A DNA stretch of 64,000 nucleotides from Mantamonas sphyraenae STR306 (lineage: Eukaryota > Protista > CRuMs), in NCBI GenBank assembly GCA_026936335.1, contig JAPMXV010000029.1, positions 496,001 to 560,000 of the forward strand, in the 5' to 3' direction. The notes beneath the pieces are model-generated. The model did not search any database and was not told the DNA's origin. It saw only the letters and a program-made list of their open reading frames with translations. The translations under genes were made by a program, and so were the position numbers. How positions within the stretch are numbered: position 1 is the stretch's first letter; each line of letters begins with the position of its first letter. Of this stretch, positions 47,001-59,931 are shown piece after piece.

Positions 47001-47444
47001 TCTCTCTTTGTGCTCGAGGAGGAACTGGGTTCGGACGCCTGCATTTCAACGGGGCTCGGGTGCCATTGAGGCACCTACGGTGTGTTCCCAAGGGTCAGTG
47101 GCCGTGCCTGTTCATGTGCGTGGGTTTGCATGCACCAACACGTCCGAAACTATGCACCTGTCCGACCTACCTCGCGTGCAATGGCGGCAATCGCTTGTCC
47201 GGCGGCTACGCGCGTGTCCCACTCCTTGTGCATCAGATACTTGTACACTTTTCGCAGCAACGCCTGCAGGTCGTACGGATGCATGCGTTGGATCTCGCCA
47301 ATCTGCTGTGCTGCCGTCTTGCGAGCTCCAGGAGAGCCTGCACCGCGCGTGTGTGTCAGCAGCAACGCAATAAAGACACGTCCAGTCCACATGCCTCCAC
47401 TTACTGTCAAGCAGTTGCAAGAGCCGATCAAGACGTGATGCCAT
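41012..47444 (-). CDS. BTAF1: TBP-associated SNF2 ATPase BTAF1/Mot1 (multi-exon); apparent frameshift near 42170
   Basis: [80 protein letters not shown]. Confidence 0.95.
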
Positions 47445-47535
47445 GATTTGGATGGCAGGATGGGGTGACGATTTTGTTGGGGGAGTGTGCGCTCGGCTCC
47501 TGCTGTGCTGCTCCGCAACTTCCGGTCCCCCCTCC

Positions 47536-49452
47536 TCACCGTGTGCCTCCCAACGACGAACGGAACATTCTTCCTTCGCTGCTTTTGCTGTTGCTGCCAC
47601 TGAGGCGCTTGGTGCCCGAGATGGACGACTTTTTCGAAGATGAGACACGTGCGTTTGCGTTGGTGTTGCCGTTGGCGGTGCGGCTGCTGCTGGACAGCCT
47701 GTACTTGGTGGAGCCCAGACGCGACGTCTGCTTGCTCTCTGCGCCTGCGCCTGCGCCTGCGCCGCTGCTGCTGCTCCTCTCCATCGAGCTGCTGCTGTTC
47801 TTTCCGCTGCTGTTGTTCAACCGGCTGCTGCTGCTTGTCTTCTTCTTGCCGCTGCCCCGGCCGCCGCTGCTGTTGCTGACACCCAAGCTGTTGCTGTTTG
47901 TGTTTTTGTTGCTGTTGAGATTGGTTGTGCGCCGATGCCGTCCACTGCGCCCTTGGTGCGTGTCTGACTGGTCCTGCTCGGCCTCCTCGTCCACGTCTTT
48001 GCTGTGTGTCGAGCGCTTCTTCTTCTTGCCGCTCCCGTGCTGTTGCTGTTTCTGCTGCTGCTTCTCACCCTCTTCGTCCTCTTCGGCTTCCTTGCTGTAA
48101 TTCTTGCCCTTTCGCTTGCTGCTGCTGCCCTCCTCTCGCGAGAGCATGTCGCTGTCTTGGCCCTTCAGCTCCTTCTCCTGCTGCTGCTTCAGCAACGTCC
48201 AGTCAAACACATAGTCGTAGGTGAAGCCCTCGCGCACAAACAGGTCGCGGAATAGCTTGCGCAGGTAAGCGTAGTCGGGTTTGTCGTCGAAACGCAGAGC
48301 GCGCGTGTAGTTGATGAATGTCTGGAACTCCACAGGCACTCCCTTGCACAGTTCCTCCACACTCGTGCCCATCTTCTTCTCGCTGATCTTTTCGTATTTC
48401 AGCTTCTTGGTGTTGGCCTTGAGACCCTGCCAGGGCAGCGAGCTACGGTTGAAGTACATCAGCACATAGCCCAGTGACTCCAGATCGTCACGCCGCGACT
48501 GCTCAATGCCCAAATGTGTGTTGATGCTTGCGTACCGTGCTGTGCCGGTGAGGTTCTTGTTGTCGCGATACGGGATGTGCTGGTGCGTTTTGGGATCCCG
48601 GTACTTCTTGGCCAGTCCAAAGTCGATCAGATGCACCTGGTTGCCCTTCTTACCCAGACCCATCAGAAAGTTGTCTGGCTTGATATCTCTGTGAATGAAG
48701 TTCTTCTGGTGGATGTACTCCACTCGCGAAATCTGCGCGTGGTTTTATCGAAAGCGAGGCGAAAGCAACAGGGTCAGCAAACAACGCGACGAGGTGCCAC
48801 CTGGGCCACGGGCCATTGAACACACGAGCAACACGTATCATCAGGCCTCAACGCGTGTCTGCTGTGCGTTTCCACCACGACCAACGGGCATGAACAGCCC
48901 TGCAGGGCGCAGGAAGAAACAGCAGAGGGCAAACCAACAACGGCTCGCTGAAAATTTCCAGACCTGCCCAACTCACCATTTGGTCGGCCAGCATCAGCAC
49001 AGTCTTGAGGGAGAACTTGCGGCCGCAATAGTTGAAGAGATCTTCGAGAGAAGGACCCAGCAGGTCCATGACCATGACGTTGTAGTCTCCCTCAACGCCA
49101 TACCAGCGGACGTATGGGATGCCAACTCCGCCGCTCAAGATTTTGTACAGCTTGCTTTCGTACAGCAGCTGCGGATGTTTGGTCTTGACGCTCTCCTGTT
49201 GGATACAGGGCATATGGACAGGCGTGCGGACGGGCAGGGTGCGAGGAAGGTCGAAAAAGGAAGCGGGTCAGCAACAACAAAGGGAAAGGGCGGCGCGCAG
49301 AGCTGCCATGGATGCCGGTGCAAACGTACGAGTTTAATGGCCACCTCCTCGTTGTTGGTGATGTTGATGCCCAGGTAGATGTCTCCAAAGGAGCCTGAGC
49401 CAATCTTGCGCCCGAGGCGATACTTGTTGCCCACACGCAGCTCGTAGCTCAT
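47536..49452 (-). CDS. CSNK1D: Casein kinase I (delta/epsilon-like) with Ser-rich tail; 3 exons
   Basis: [52 protein letters not shown]. Confidence 0.95.
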
Positions 49453-49607
49453 CGGAGGTGAGAGAGAGTGGTTTGCTTGCGACGGCGCCACCAACACGCG
49501 CACTCTCTCACTCTCCCTGTGACTTCCATCCCTTGGGTTGAACCTTTCTTGCGACCCTCGCCTATGAGTGCCCTCCTTCACGTCGTATCCCAGGCGCGCA
49601 AGCGCAA

Positions 49608-50420
49608 AATGGCGGATCTGGAAGATCCCTTGCGCGACACCAGCGACGAACTGTTGCAACAGCTTGCAGAAATGCCCACCGATGAACATACGCTGCATCC
49701 GTACGCCAAGCTGCCGCAAAGCAACAGCGCACTGCCCGCAGCCACAGTGCTGGTAGGTGCTGGCGCAGAGTTTTTGGATTTCGCGCGCTCGTTTTTGCTG
49801 ACACCTCGAGTCGTCCTGTACACACGCACAACCAGCTGGTCGGCTCCTCTGGCAGCGGAAAAGATACTCTGGCTTCATTATTGGAAAACGAAAACGACAA
49901 GCTGACCATCAACTGGTGAGTGTGGGCCGTCGAAACACACGTCGGTCGCCGCCTCCGCTTCACCCTTGCTCACACACGGTCGCATGCACTGAACCGAATC
50001 CCCTACACCCCACCCCCCTCCACACACACACACAGTCGCCTTGCTGACGAACTTCCCTTGCCGCAAGAAGAGCAGGATCAGACAGAGCGTCTGCGGATGG
50101 ACTTTGTGGTGTTGCTGTGCAACGTGACACAGACGCAGAGCATCCAGAGCTGCCTGGCGAGCCTTCAGGCGCTGTCGGCTCAGTATGTGGGTGACGCAAA
50201 GGTCTGTGTGGTGGTGACGCATGTAGATACGCCAAGCAAGGCGGCCATGTCCCTGCAGGAGCTGCAGGAGGAGCTGGATCAATTCGGCCTGGTCAAAGTG
50301 TTCTACCAGGACCTCAGTCAGGACACAGGGGCTAAGCAGGTGGCTGCACAGTTGGCCAGCCTGGCCTACACTGCCAATGGGTATGCTGGTTGCGATGCAT
50401 TGCTGCAAGAATGCGTCTGA
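49608..50420 (+). CDS. CENPM: Centromere protein M (CENP-M); exons 49608-49752, 49836-49915, 50036-50420
   Basis: Spliced product [26 protein letters not shown]...[10 protein letters not shown]...[11 protein letters not shown]...S...KVCVV...FYQDL parallels recalled human CENP-M blocks (LRPLDKLP..NTATILLVG; HLAKSLPLP; RIDLIVFVVN; KVCFL; LYCDL). Confidence 0.72.
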
Positions 50421-50444
50421 GCAGAGCTGCAGAATGAACTTCCT

Positions 50445-51522
50445 TCAATCGCTGTATTCTTCCTCTTCCTCGTCACTAAACTGTTCGCCGTGGCTGCCAC
50501 TGTGTTCACCCTCCACTCCCAGGCCACCAAATTGGTCAAACACGCCCTCGTAGTCGACCACGTTGAAGGTGAACCAGAACTGGTCGCCAAACGGAACCCC
50601 GTTCTTTGTGGTCATCTGCCACAACGAAGCATACTCGCCCAACTCCTCGGGTGTGACCATGGTCACAGAGATGTCCACATACTCGCCCTTGTCCAGCACA
50701 AAGCCCTTGGGCAGGTCCACCCTGTCCTCGTCGCAAAAGTGGACGCCGTCCACAAACACCTGTGCACACGCACAACGAGCAGTCGCAATGTCAGTACCAT
50801 GCACATTCAGCCTTTGCACACAAGAGAGAGAGCCCAGTGCTGTGTTCTCCCACCTGATGCACCCCAATGTGGCGTGCCAGGACAGGTGGCCGTTTTCTCG
50901 AGAACCCGCGGAAAGCGCGCTTTGCGAACAATGCGCGCATGCCACGTACGATGGCCTCTCTTAAACGTACGCTCTCTCCACACACACGCTTACTTACCAG
51001 TGAACACTGCTCGGGCCACGCCCGGTTGCTGTCGTTGCCAATACGCCACGTTTTGGTGATGGTTGTGTCCGGCGGAACTTCACACCCATCTTCAAGGTCC
51101 AGCTCCTCCACCAGCACCGCCTTTAGTTCGTTGTCCGCCTCTTCATCGTACATGAACGAGCCACGGGAATCCCTCAGCCTGACTGGTCCAGACTTTTTCT
51201 CCTCCTGCTCCTCCCTGTCCCGGCGGAAGTTTCGACGTCCGTGGCTCTGGCGTGTGCTGTTGCTCGAGCGCTGTTCGTTGCCCATGGCCTCAAAGAATGC
51301 AGCCAGCCCAGAGTCCAGGTCCCAATTGTTGGCCTCCAAGAAAAACTCGGCTGCACTGTCCTCACAGTTGGCCACCGCCTGGAACTCCGCCACCAGCTCC
51401 TTGGCTTCGCGCATCCGCGCGTTCCGCATCTGATGAATCATTTTCGACGATTCCTCCTCACTGTCGAAGCTGCTATTGCTTCGGTTGTGCTCGTCCAGCT
51501 CTCCCGATCCGTCAAGTTCCAT
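50445..51522 (-). CDS. ILRUN: ILRUN/C6orf106-like protein (UBA-like plus NBR1-type FW domain); intron 50997-50760
   Basis: FQAVANC...AEFFLEANNWDL..GLAAFF UBA-like; DGCEVPPDT.ITKTWRIGN....WP; G.Y.S.WQM....G.PFGDQFW. Confidence 0.8.
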
Positions 51523-51622
51523 GGATTTCCGGGGGGTGAGAGTGTGTGTGTCGGTGGGTGGGTGGGGAGGGAGTTTGTCGAAGTTGCTTTGCCGGCGCCA
51601 ACGCTTCTCTTTCCTCGGCCCC

Positions 51623-53851
51623 ATGTTCTTCAACTTTGAGTGCAAGCTCCCGTCCTCATCCTCTGTTGTTGCGTCTGCGTTCCACCCGCAGCAGCCCCTG
51701 CTGGCAGTGGCCACAGACGAGGGACGAGTCTTTATCTTCAACGACGAGGTGAGTTGCCGCCGCCCAGATCACCTGCTGGAGCCCATCCCATGCCATCCCG
51801 GGCCATCCGTCTGCCATCGGCCACACCTCACTGTCCATATCTCCGCACCCACACACACACTGCCCCATCTCTCCTCTCTTCTTGTCCGGTCCTGCTTCAC
51901 ACGCTGCCCGTTTCCGTGGGCCCGCGCGTTCCGTTGTTGTCGTTCCCCCGCTCACACCTCGGCGCCTGTCCTCCAACTCACCACGCTGCAGGGAGAAATG
52001 GACCAAAAGGCACAGATTGCGCGGCCATGCAACGCTGTGTATCTGGCCTGGCACCCGACACAGAAGCTGTGTGCCATCGCCTGGCAGGACGGCACCATTG
52101 CTGTGTACAACGCCCTCGCTCACGTGGTGCGCGAGGACGCAAGTGTCCACAAGGGCTCCATGACCCTCATGGAGTGGTCTCCATATGGTACCCGCCTCGT
52201 CACAGCTGACTCGGTAGGTGGCTGCCTCGTATCCAACCCCGTCGTGTCCTTGCCTTCCATCCACCCGCAGCCGGCCGTTTTTTGGCGCGCGCAGACGATC
52301 TGCGGCCCGCAGCCATGTCCTGACACTCGCTCTCGGCACCAATTGCCCATAGTCCGGCACACTGGCCATCTGGAAGATGGACAACCGCAGCAAGCTGAGT
52401 CTGGTGCATGCATACACTCGGGACAGTGCCATCACACATCTGGTCTTTCGCACCGAAGATCTGCCCTACCAGCAAGGAGTCACAGAGAACCCACGCTTCT
52501 TCTTTGCCTGCGACAACGGAGACGTGGACTTTGCGGACGACCACGGAGTGTGTGTGCCTGCCCTGCAGATGAAGGGTACCATTGAGGCCCTGCTCTTCTG
52601 GGAAGCCGAAAGCAGCATTGTCATCATCACGCGTGCCCAGCTCCTCTCTGTCCTACACTTTTCCGACGATGGCAACATTTCCCAGAGTCTCAAGGTCAAG
52701 GTCAGCATCAGTGTGCCCAACGACCGCTCCCTGCTGGCCTGCTGGGCTGGGCCGGGTCTCCTGGCCATCGCCGGCGCAGACCCCTTTGTGCGTCTGTTTA
52801 ACATCCAGGAGCGCCAAAACATCAACCTTTTCCTTCCCGGAGACACTCGCAAGGCCACCATGACGGGCCTGAAGTACAACGCTCGCAAACAGGCGCTGGC
52901 AGCCTGCTCCGCGGCCGGGCAGATTGTTGCATGGACGTTTGCCTCGGATGCGCCCACAGACACGTGTACGGACGCAGACGAGTGGAAAACGGACGAGGTG
53001 GCGGTGGTGCAGGCAGGCGCCAACGGCGTATGCTGGGGTCCTGGCCAACATTTGCTGGCCGTGGAACAGAACAAGGGAGTGACCATCTACGCCGAGGCCA
53101 CCATGGCACGTGTCATGAACGACGGCACGGCTGTGTTCCAGTCGGGACCCACCACGCTGGCAGTGTCGCGCACCGACGGCATGTTTGGCACCATCTTTTT
53201 GACCACGGGCATCCCTGTGCGTGGTGTACATTGCGACAGCAGACACGTGCTCACGTGGAATAGCAACCAGTGCGAGGTGTACCAGTTCACCAACGCCTCC
53301 ACATCGCTGGAGTTGTCCTCGCGCTACGAAAGCCAAGCCAACACCATGATCCTGCACGGTGACAACATCTACCAGGCGGTGGAGAACAAGGTCGAGGTGT
53401 GCAATCTGTCCGGCACCGTCAAGCAGACCCTCAACTTTGACCGCGACAGCGAGGGCGAGCCTGCTGCGCTGGCCTGTGCTGGCGGCCTCTTGGCCGTTGC
53501 CACCACTCGTGCCATGCTCAAGCTCTTTGACGCCAACCGAAAGACCATCCGCAGCATGGGGCCAGCCAAACCCTTTGAAGACCCCGAAGGCAACCCTTTG
53601 GGTGGCATCGAGTCGCTGGCCGTCAACATGGACGGCACACGTGTAAGTCTGCTTGCTGCTGCCGACGCGGACATTGGCTATGCAGACACCTGTCTGCACC
53701 TGTTCGACGTCGAATCGGACGTGTTCTTTGCACACGATTTTGGCAACCGCGTACCCTTTAGCCACCACTGGGACGGTGTGGAACCCAAGCTGCTGGCATG
53801 CCAAACGCGATCGCTCAAGACGGCCAGCAACAACGCCAAGAAGGGCGGTGC

Positions 53852-53893
<42 letters not shown>

Positions 53894-56282
53894 CAGCACG
53901 GGCAAGGGATCGTCAACGTCGATGCTTATGAATGTGCTGCAAAGTGAATTGGGCAAGAAGAGCGAGGAGGACACGCCCGGAGAGCGGGCGCGTGCAAAGT
54001 CGGTGGACGTGTCGACGCTGCTGGTGACCAAGGACCAGCACGTGATCCTGCAAGACTCGCTGGTGCTGGACGAGACTCTGTACGACTGCTTTGTGGGTCT
54101 GTGTGTGCCACGGCTGTACTATGCCAGCGTGGCCACCGAGACCGTGGGTGCGTCGTCAAAGCAGGGCACGGTGGCCAGCGTGCCGCAGCTCAAGTCGACA
54201 GTGATGCGCGACTTTGTGGGCATGGAGGACGTGGATGTGGAGACACGCGACGCCATGCTCAATTTCAGCTACTACCTGACCATTGGCAACATGGACGAGG
54301 CGTACAAGACGGTGCGGCTGATCAAAAGCGGCACAGTGTGGGAAAACATGGCCCAGATGTGCGTCAAAACCAAACGGTTGGACGTGGCCGAGGTGTGTCT
54401 GTCCAACATGGGCCACGCACGCGGTGTGCGCATGCTGCGGCAGGCACGGAAGAACGAACCGGAAATCGAGGCCCAAATGGCCATGGTGGCCATCCAGCTG
54501 GGCATGGTCGAGGACGCCAGGAAGCTGTACACAGAGTGCCAGCGGTACGACTTGCTGTGTGAGCTGCACATGGCCTGTGGCGAGTTTGAAGAGGCGGTGG
54601 CGGTGGCTTCCAAGTACGACCGCATTCACCTCAAGAACGTGTACTTTGAGTACGCACGTGCGCTGGAGCACAAGGGTCAAACCGCAGACGCAATCACCTT
54701 TTACGAAAAGAGTGGCACGCATCGCGAACAGGTGCCGCGCATGCTGTTCAAGATGGGCGCGGTGACGGAGCTGGTGGCGTACGTGAGTGCGTCGGGTGAA
54801 CAGGAGCTGCAGACATGGTGGGCTCGCTACCTGGAGAGTGTGGACAACCTGCAAGAGTCGTTGCGCTTCTATGAGATGGCTGAAGACTTTGCCAGCGTGG
54901 TGCGTGTGCTGACACGCAATGGCCAGACGGACAGCGCCATGGACGTGGTCAACTCGTCGGGCGACAAGGCAGCTGCCTTTCAGCTGGCACGGCACCTGGA
55001 AGACAGGGAACGCTTCCAGGAGGCCATTCAGATGTACACACGGGCCGATTCGTTCACGCACTCGATCCGGCTGGCCAAGGAGCACGGGTTTGAGGACGAG
55101 CTGCTGGAGCTTGCGCTGCGCAGCTCGCCAGGCTTGATGCTGGACGCGGCCAAGTACTTTGAGGAGATTGGAAACGCAGAAAAGGCAACGATGCTGTATC
55201 ACAAGGGAGGGAACCTGAGCAAGGCACTGGAAATCTCGTTCCGGACGCGGCAGTTCCAGCTGCTGGCAGACATTGCGGACGAGCTGGACGAAAACGCAGA
55301 CCCGCGGCTGCTGGAGGAGTGCGCGGGTTTCTTTGTGGAGCATGAGCAGTTTGACAAGGCGGCCGCGATGTACATTAACGCCAAGAGCTTCGACAACGCG
55401 CTGCGGACGTGCCTGGAGCACCAGATCACCATCACGGAGGAGATGTGCGATAAGATGGTGCTCCCCGAGGGAAGCAGCAAGGAAGAGGAGACAGCCATGA
55501 GTGTGAAGATCGCAAAGTGCGTCAAGAGCCAGCGCAACTACGAGCTGGCAGCCAAGTACTACACCAAAGCCAACCTGAAGGTGAAGGCGGTGCAGTGTCT
55601 GATCAAGACGGGTGACATCGACAAGGTGATCTTCTTTGCCAATGTGTCGCGTGAGCAGCAGGTGTACATTGTGGCCGCGCACTACTTGCAGCAGTGCGAC
55701 TGGCGCAACAACAAGAAGATCCTGCGCGCAATCATGATGTTTTACACCAAAGCCAATGCGCCCGAATCGCTGGCGGCGTTTTACGAGAGTGCGGCGCAGC
55801 TGGAGATCGACGAGTACTCGGAGTATGAAAAGGCACTCAAGGCGCTGAAAGAGGCAGTGAAGCACGCTGGCAAGTCGACAAGCGAGGACAAGGAGCGACT
55901 GGTGCAGATGTACAGCCAGAAGAAGAGCCTGGTGGAACGGTTTGTGCGTGCACGGTCGTTGGTGCAGGAGAACCCTGAGGAAATGATCCGCATCTGCGAA
56001 CAGCTGATGCACGAATCGGACGTGGAGAGTGCCGTGCGTGTGGGCGATATCTACAACCAGCTCATCGAGTACCACCAGAGCCAGGGCAACAACGCCGAAG
56101 CCAAGCAGCTGCTGAGCCGCATGCGAGCGAACAACATCGACGTGAATTTTTACGTGAGTCAAGAGGTGCTCGACGCGCTCGGCGACTCGGGAGCGTCTGC
56201 CGCACCCAGCTACGGCGGCTACGGCGGTATTGGCGTGGGGTCGGGGTCAGATGAGGTGGATGAGATCGAGGACGAGTGGTGA
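51623..56282 (+). CDS. IFT140: Intraflagellar transport protein 140; exons 51623-51748, 51991-52214, 52332-56282
   Basis: WD40 N-terminus, MRDFVGM, IGNMDEAYK, VWENMAQMCVKTKRLDVAEVCL, AQLEIDEY..YEKAL, AVRVGDIY. Confidence 0.96.
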
Positions 56283-56293
56283 GGAAAGGGGCA

Positions 56294-57178
56294 ATGAAGC
56301 GCGTTGCGAGTGCTTTGGCAAAGTTTCCCTGGATGTCGTCCACGGCGGGGAGAAGGAAACGGACGCATAGGTCTGTGGAGGAAGGACTGGTGCAAGCGAT
56401 GAACACACAGGCCCGGGGGGTAGAGGTGTGGAGGAAGGAAGCTGGAGCAAAGAGGCAGCGTGTGGAGACCTTTCGCGAGAAGTTGCTGGGTGACGAGACA
56501 CGCGAATGGCATGTACGATACTCGCCCTACTCTGCCAAACGGCTCAAACCATTCATATTTATTGATCGGGAGACGCAGACACCAGCCATGTTGCTGTTCA
56601 AGGAGCTGCAGCAGCGCGTGCTGGAAGTGGGGGAGATTCCTCAGCGCTCGCTGTGCTACGAACATGTGCGGGAGAAGCACATTGCGCAGGTGAACAGCCT
56701 GTTGCGGCAGCACTTCTGGGAGGGAATTGACAGTGAGTATGCGCGTGGAGAGAGAGGCGTCATTGTGAGAGGTACGACGACGCTGACACCAAGTTGTCCC
56801 ACCGGCCCACACGCCACACGTCGGCGCGTTACAGTGTCCCGCAGTGTACAATGGCCCGAGTACGGAGTGGTGGTGACGTATGGCCAACTCGTGGTAGCGT
56901 GTGGCTTCATTGCAAACGGCTACGTGCTGTTCATGTGTGTTCGAGCAGGCTGGCGTCGCGCTGGCATTGCTCGAACCGTGCTGTATCTGTTGATTCAGTC
57001 GTCTGAAAGTGTGGACATCAAGCTCCACGTGGCTGTAAGCAACCCGGCCATGATGCTGTACAGTTCATTCGGCTTCAAGGTTGAGGAGTACATCCGCAAC
57101 TTTTACCGCGGCTACGTCAGCGACGAGGCGCGAGAGCAAGGTGCTCATGATGCGATGCTGATGCGTCTGCGGCGTTGA
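56294..57178 (+). CDS. KAT14: KAT14/CSRP2BP-like GNAT acetyltransferase; probable in-frame intron ~56733-56843; start uncertain
   Basis: LKPFI, VNSLLRQHFWEGID, WRRAGIA...LY.LIQ, D..LHVAVSNPAMMLYSSFGFKVEEYI.NFY, terminal MRLRR. Confidence 0.82.
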   Translation: MKRVASALAKFPWMSSTAGRRKRTHRSVEEGLVQAMNTQARGVEVWRKEAGAKRQRVETFREKLLGDETREWHVRYSPYSAKRLKPFIFIDRETQTPAMLLFKELQQRVLEVGEIPQRSLCYEHVREKHIAQVNSLLRQHFWEGIDSEYARGERGVIVRGTTTLTPSCPTGPHATRRRVTVSRSVQWPEYGVVVTYGQLVVACGFIANGYVLFMCVRAGWRRAGIARTVLYLLIQSSESVDIKLHVAVSNPAMMLYSSFGFKVEEYIRNFYRGYVSDEAREQGAHDAMLMRLRR

Positions 57179-57254
57179 AGGAGCGAGGAAAGATGAGAGA
57201 AATGCAGCACCCGTTCCCATTGGCCCTGGCACGACAAAGCAAAATACACCACTA

Positions 57255-59931
57255 ATGATGGCATCCAGGGTTCAGCTTGTGTGCCTGACACTCCTCGTTG
57301 CACTCTGTGTGACAAGCCATGCGGCCACAGTCAACTGGCGGCGAGTGAGTGCAAGCGGAGGACCAGCAGGTGAGAGGCGGGTCGTTGGCTCCCACACACT
57401 TTTTTTCGTGGTGTTCGTTCCGCCTGGTGGGGTGACAGGTGTGGAGTTTTGGCAGGGGAAGAGGGCATGTGCTGACGCGCACTGGGACGTGGGACGACGG
57501 TACAGGGCGCAACGGAGCAACGATGCAGTATGACGCGGCAAAGAACCGGTTGATTGTGTTTGGCGGCAGGGTTGGGTCGTCCGGAACGTTTTTCGACGAC
57601 ACCTGGGCATACTCGTTTGCAGACTCCAAGTGGACACAAATCAACACGGCAACAAAGCCATCCGCACGTTTCAGCATGGTGTCGGGCGTGTCTGGGGATT
57701 TGATGGTGGTTGTGACTGGAGAAGGGCCGGCGAAGCAGTTTTTCGGAGACGAAGCATGGGCCTTCAACATGAACAACGACACGTGGGAACAGATTGGCCC
57801 AGCGAGTGGGTCCAAGGCGCTGGATAGGTATGGAAGTGGAGGAGGGACGATGATGGGGTCGCAGATCTGGATGACGCACGGATTTGCAACAACACGATAC
57901 CAGGACACGTGGGCGTTTGACCCTGGCACGAAGCAGTGGGTTGTCAAAACACCCAAGGGATCTCTGCCTGTGAACCGGTGTCTGCACGCGTCTGCGGTGC
58001 TGGCCAAGGACGAGCTGATGATTATGGGCGGGTGTGCCTCTGGCGGATTCGGCCCTTGCCCGCTGGACGACACCTGGGTATTGGACAGTACAGGGTGGCA
58101 TGAAGTGACCAGTGGGACAAAGCCATCGGGACGTCTGCGAACAATGGCCACACAGTACGTGAACGAAGGAAGGAACACGCGCAAGGCTGTTCTGTTTGCA
58201 GGCACAGGCAAGGACGACACACTTCTGTTTGACGGCACCACACGCACTTGGAAGGAGTTTGTGACAGCAGCGAGCCCTTCAAGCCGCGAGGAGTCGGCCA
58301 TGTGCAGCGTGGTGCCCACTTCGGGCAAACCGTTCGTTGCACTGTTTGGAGGCAAAGACGCAGCCGGCGTGGCCCAGAACGACCTCTGGGTGCTGGAAGG
58401 TGACCAAGCGCAGCTGCGAGAGCTGCCTCTGCCCATGTCGACGGGTATGCTGTACGCAGCGGTGGGGTTGATCGCAGTGATGGGAGTGCTGGGCGCAGTG
58501 GCGACGTACACAAAGCTGGGTCTTGCTCGCTTCCTTGTGCACAGACCATTGGCCACGTATGAGCTGGACCAGAAGAAGGTGAGCGCGTTCTTCAACCCGC
58601 TGTATGGGACAACATGGGGAGAAATGATTGTCGTGGGTCTGTTTGTGGTTGCCAGCGCGCTTGCGTTTGTGGCAGGGCTGACGTCGACGGATTTCGACCT
58701 TGCGCTGGCGTTTGGCAACTTGAACGCGTGGCTGAGTGCGTTTGTGATTGTGCCTGCGACGCGAGTGTCCGTGGTGCAGGCAGTGTTTGGCATGCCGTTT
58801 GAACGTGCGGTGCGCTATCATCGGATCATCGCACGCACTTTCTGGGTGTCCATGCTGTTGCATCTCGTTCTGATTGCAGCGTCGCGTCCAGGGTTTCTGG
58901 ACGCGTCTGCGACGCCTGTGGGGCTGTACGGCCTGCTTGCGTTTTGCACCTTTTCCGTGCTGATGGTGGGCGGGTCCGGAACGTTCCGACGACGCTTCTA
59001 CAAGGTGTTTGTGCTGCCGCATCCGTTTGTGGGTGCAGTGGGCCTTGTGTTTGCGTGCCTGCATCAGGTGGTGGTGCTGTGGTATGCGTTGGGCAGTGTG
59101 CTGCTGATGCTGGTCAGCAAGGCGATTGCCTATGGGCGAGCAGGACGAGACACACAACTGGTGTCGATGACTCAGCTGCCTGGGCGTGTGACGCGTGTGG
59201 AGATGCGCAAGGAGGGGTTTGAATACGAGGGTGGCCAGTACCTGTATCTGCGTGTGGCCAACGTGTCTGCTGTGGAGTGGCACCCGTTTTCGATCTCGTC
59301 ACACCCGCAGCAAGACACGGTGACGGTGCACGTGAAGGATTCTGGCAACGGGCATTTCACATCGAAGCTGTATGAGCTTGCAGGGAGCGGCGAAGCGGCG
59401 ACAGCTGTGGTGAACATCCATGGGCCGTATGGAGTGCCGTCCGTGCGTGTGGAGGAGTACAGCACATTGGTGCTTGTGTGTGGAGGGATTGGAGTGACAC
59501 CGATGGTGTCTATGCTTGGCGATCTGTACCACCGCGTAAAGGCCGGGAGCGGGTCGTGGAACCGTGTGGTGTTTGTGTGGAGCGTGCGGCAGCGGGAAGA
59601 GCTGGACAAGTTTGCAGACGTGCTGAGCATGGCTGCGGCGGACGAGGCTCACTTTGATGTGCGGCTTTTTGTGACCAAGGGCAGCGCCGGAGGCAAGGGT
59701 GAAGGCGCAGGCGACAAGGAAGGTGCGACGTTGCAGGGCGTGGAGATCAACCAGGGACGGCCTGACCTGGCCAAGGTGATGCAGGACGCAAAGGCAATGA
59801 CCAATGAGGGCAACGTCGGTGTATTTGCGTGTGGTCCGCAGATTGTGATCCGCACCGTCGGCAACCTGGCCCAGGAGACCAGCGACGACACGACTCGCTT
59901 CGACTTTCACCAGGAGGTGTTTGCGTTTTAA
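57255..59931 (+). CDS. Signal peptide plus Kelch beta-propeller fused to a ferric reductase/NOX-like flavocytochrome; exons 57255-57369, 57506-59931
   Basis: Kelch repeats (LIVFGG...FDDTWAYSF...W; IMGG...LDDTW; LFGG...NDLW); heme His pairs YHR..(13)..LH and PH..(13)..LH; EWHPFSISS; GPYG; GGIGVTP; CGP; HQEVF. Confidence 0.88.

Noticed and set aside
5706-50420. Functional cluster of chromosome-segregation genes (MAD2, TPX2, M1AP, CENP-M)
   Set aside because: Spread over 45 kb among unrelated genes; cannot be distinguished from chance without genome-wide statistics
54156-56162. Long antisense or alternative-frame ORFs (668 aa here; also 22-1248, 16890-18410, 57252-58793)
   Set aside because: Shadows of GC-rich, codon-biased real genes on the opposite strand, with no motifs of their own
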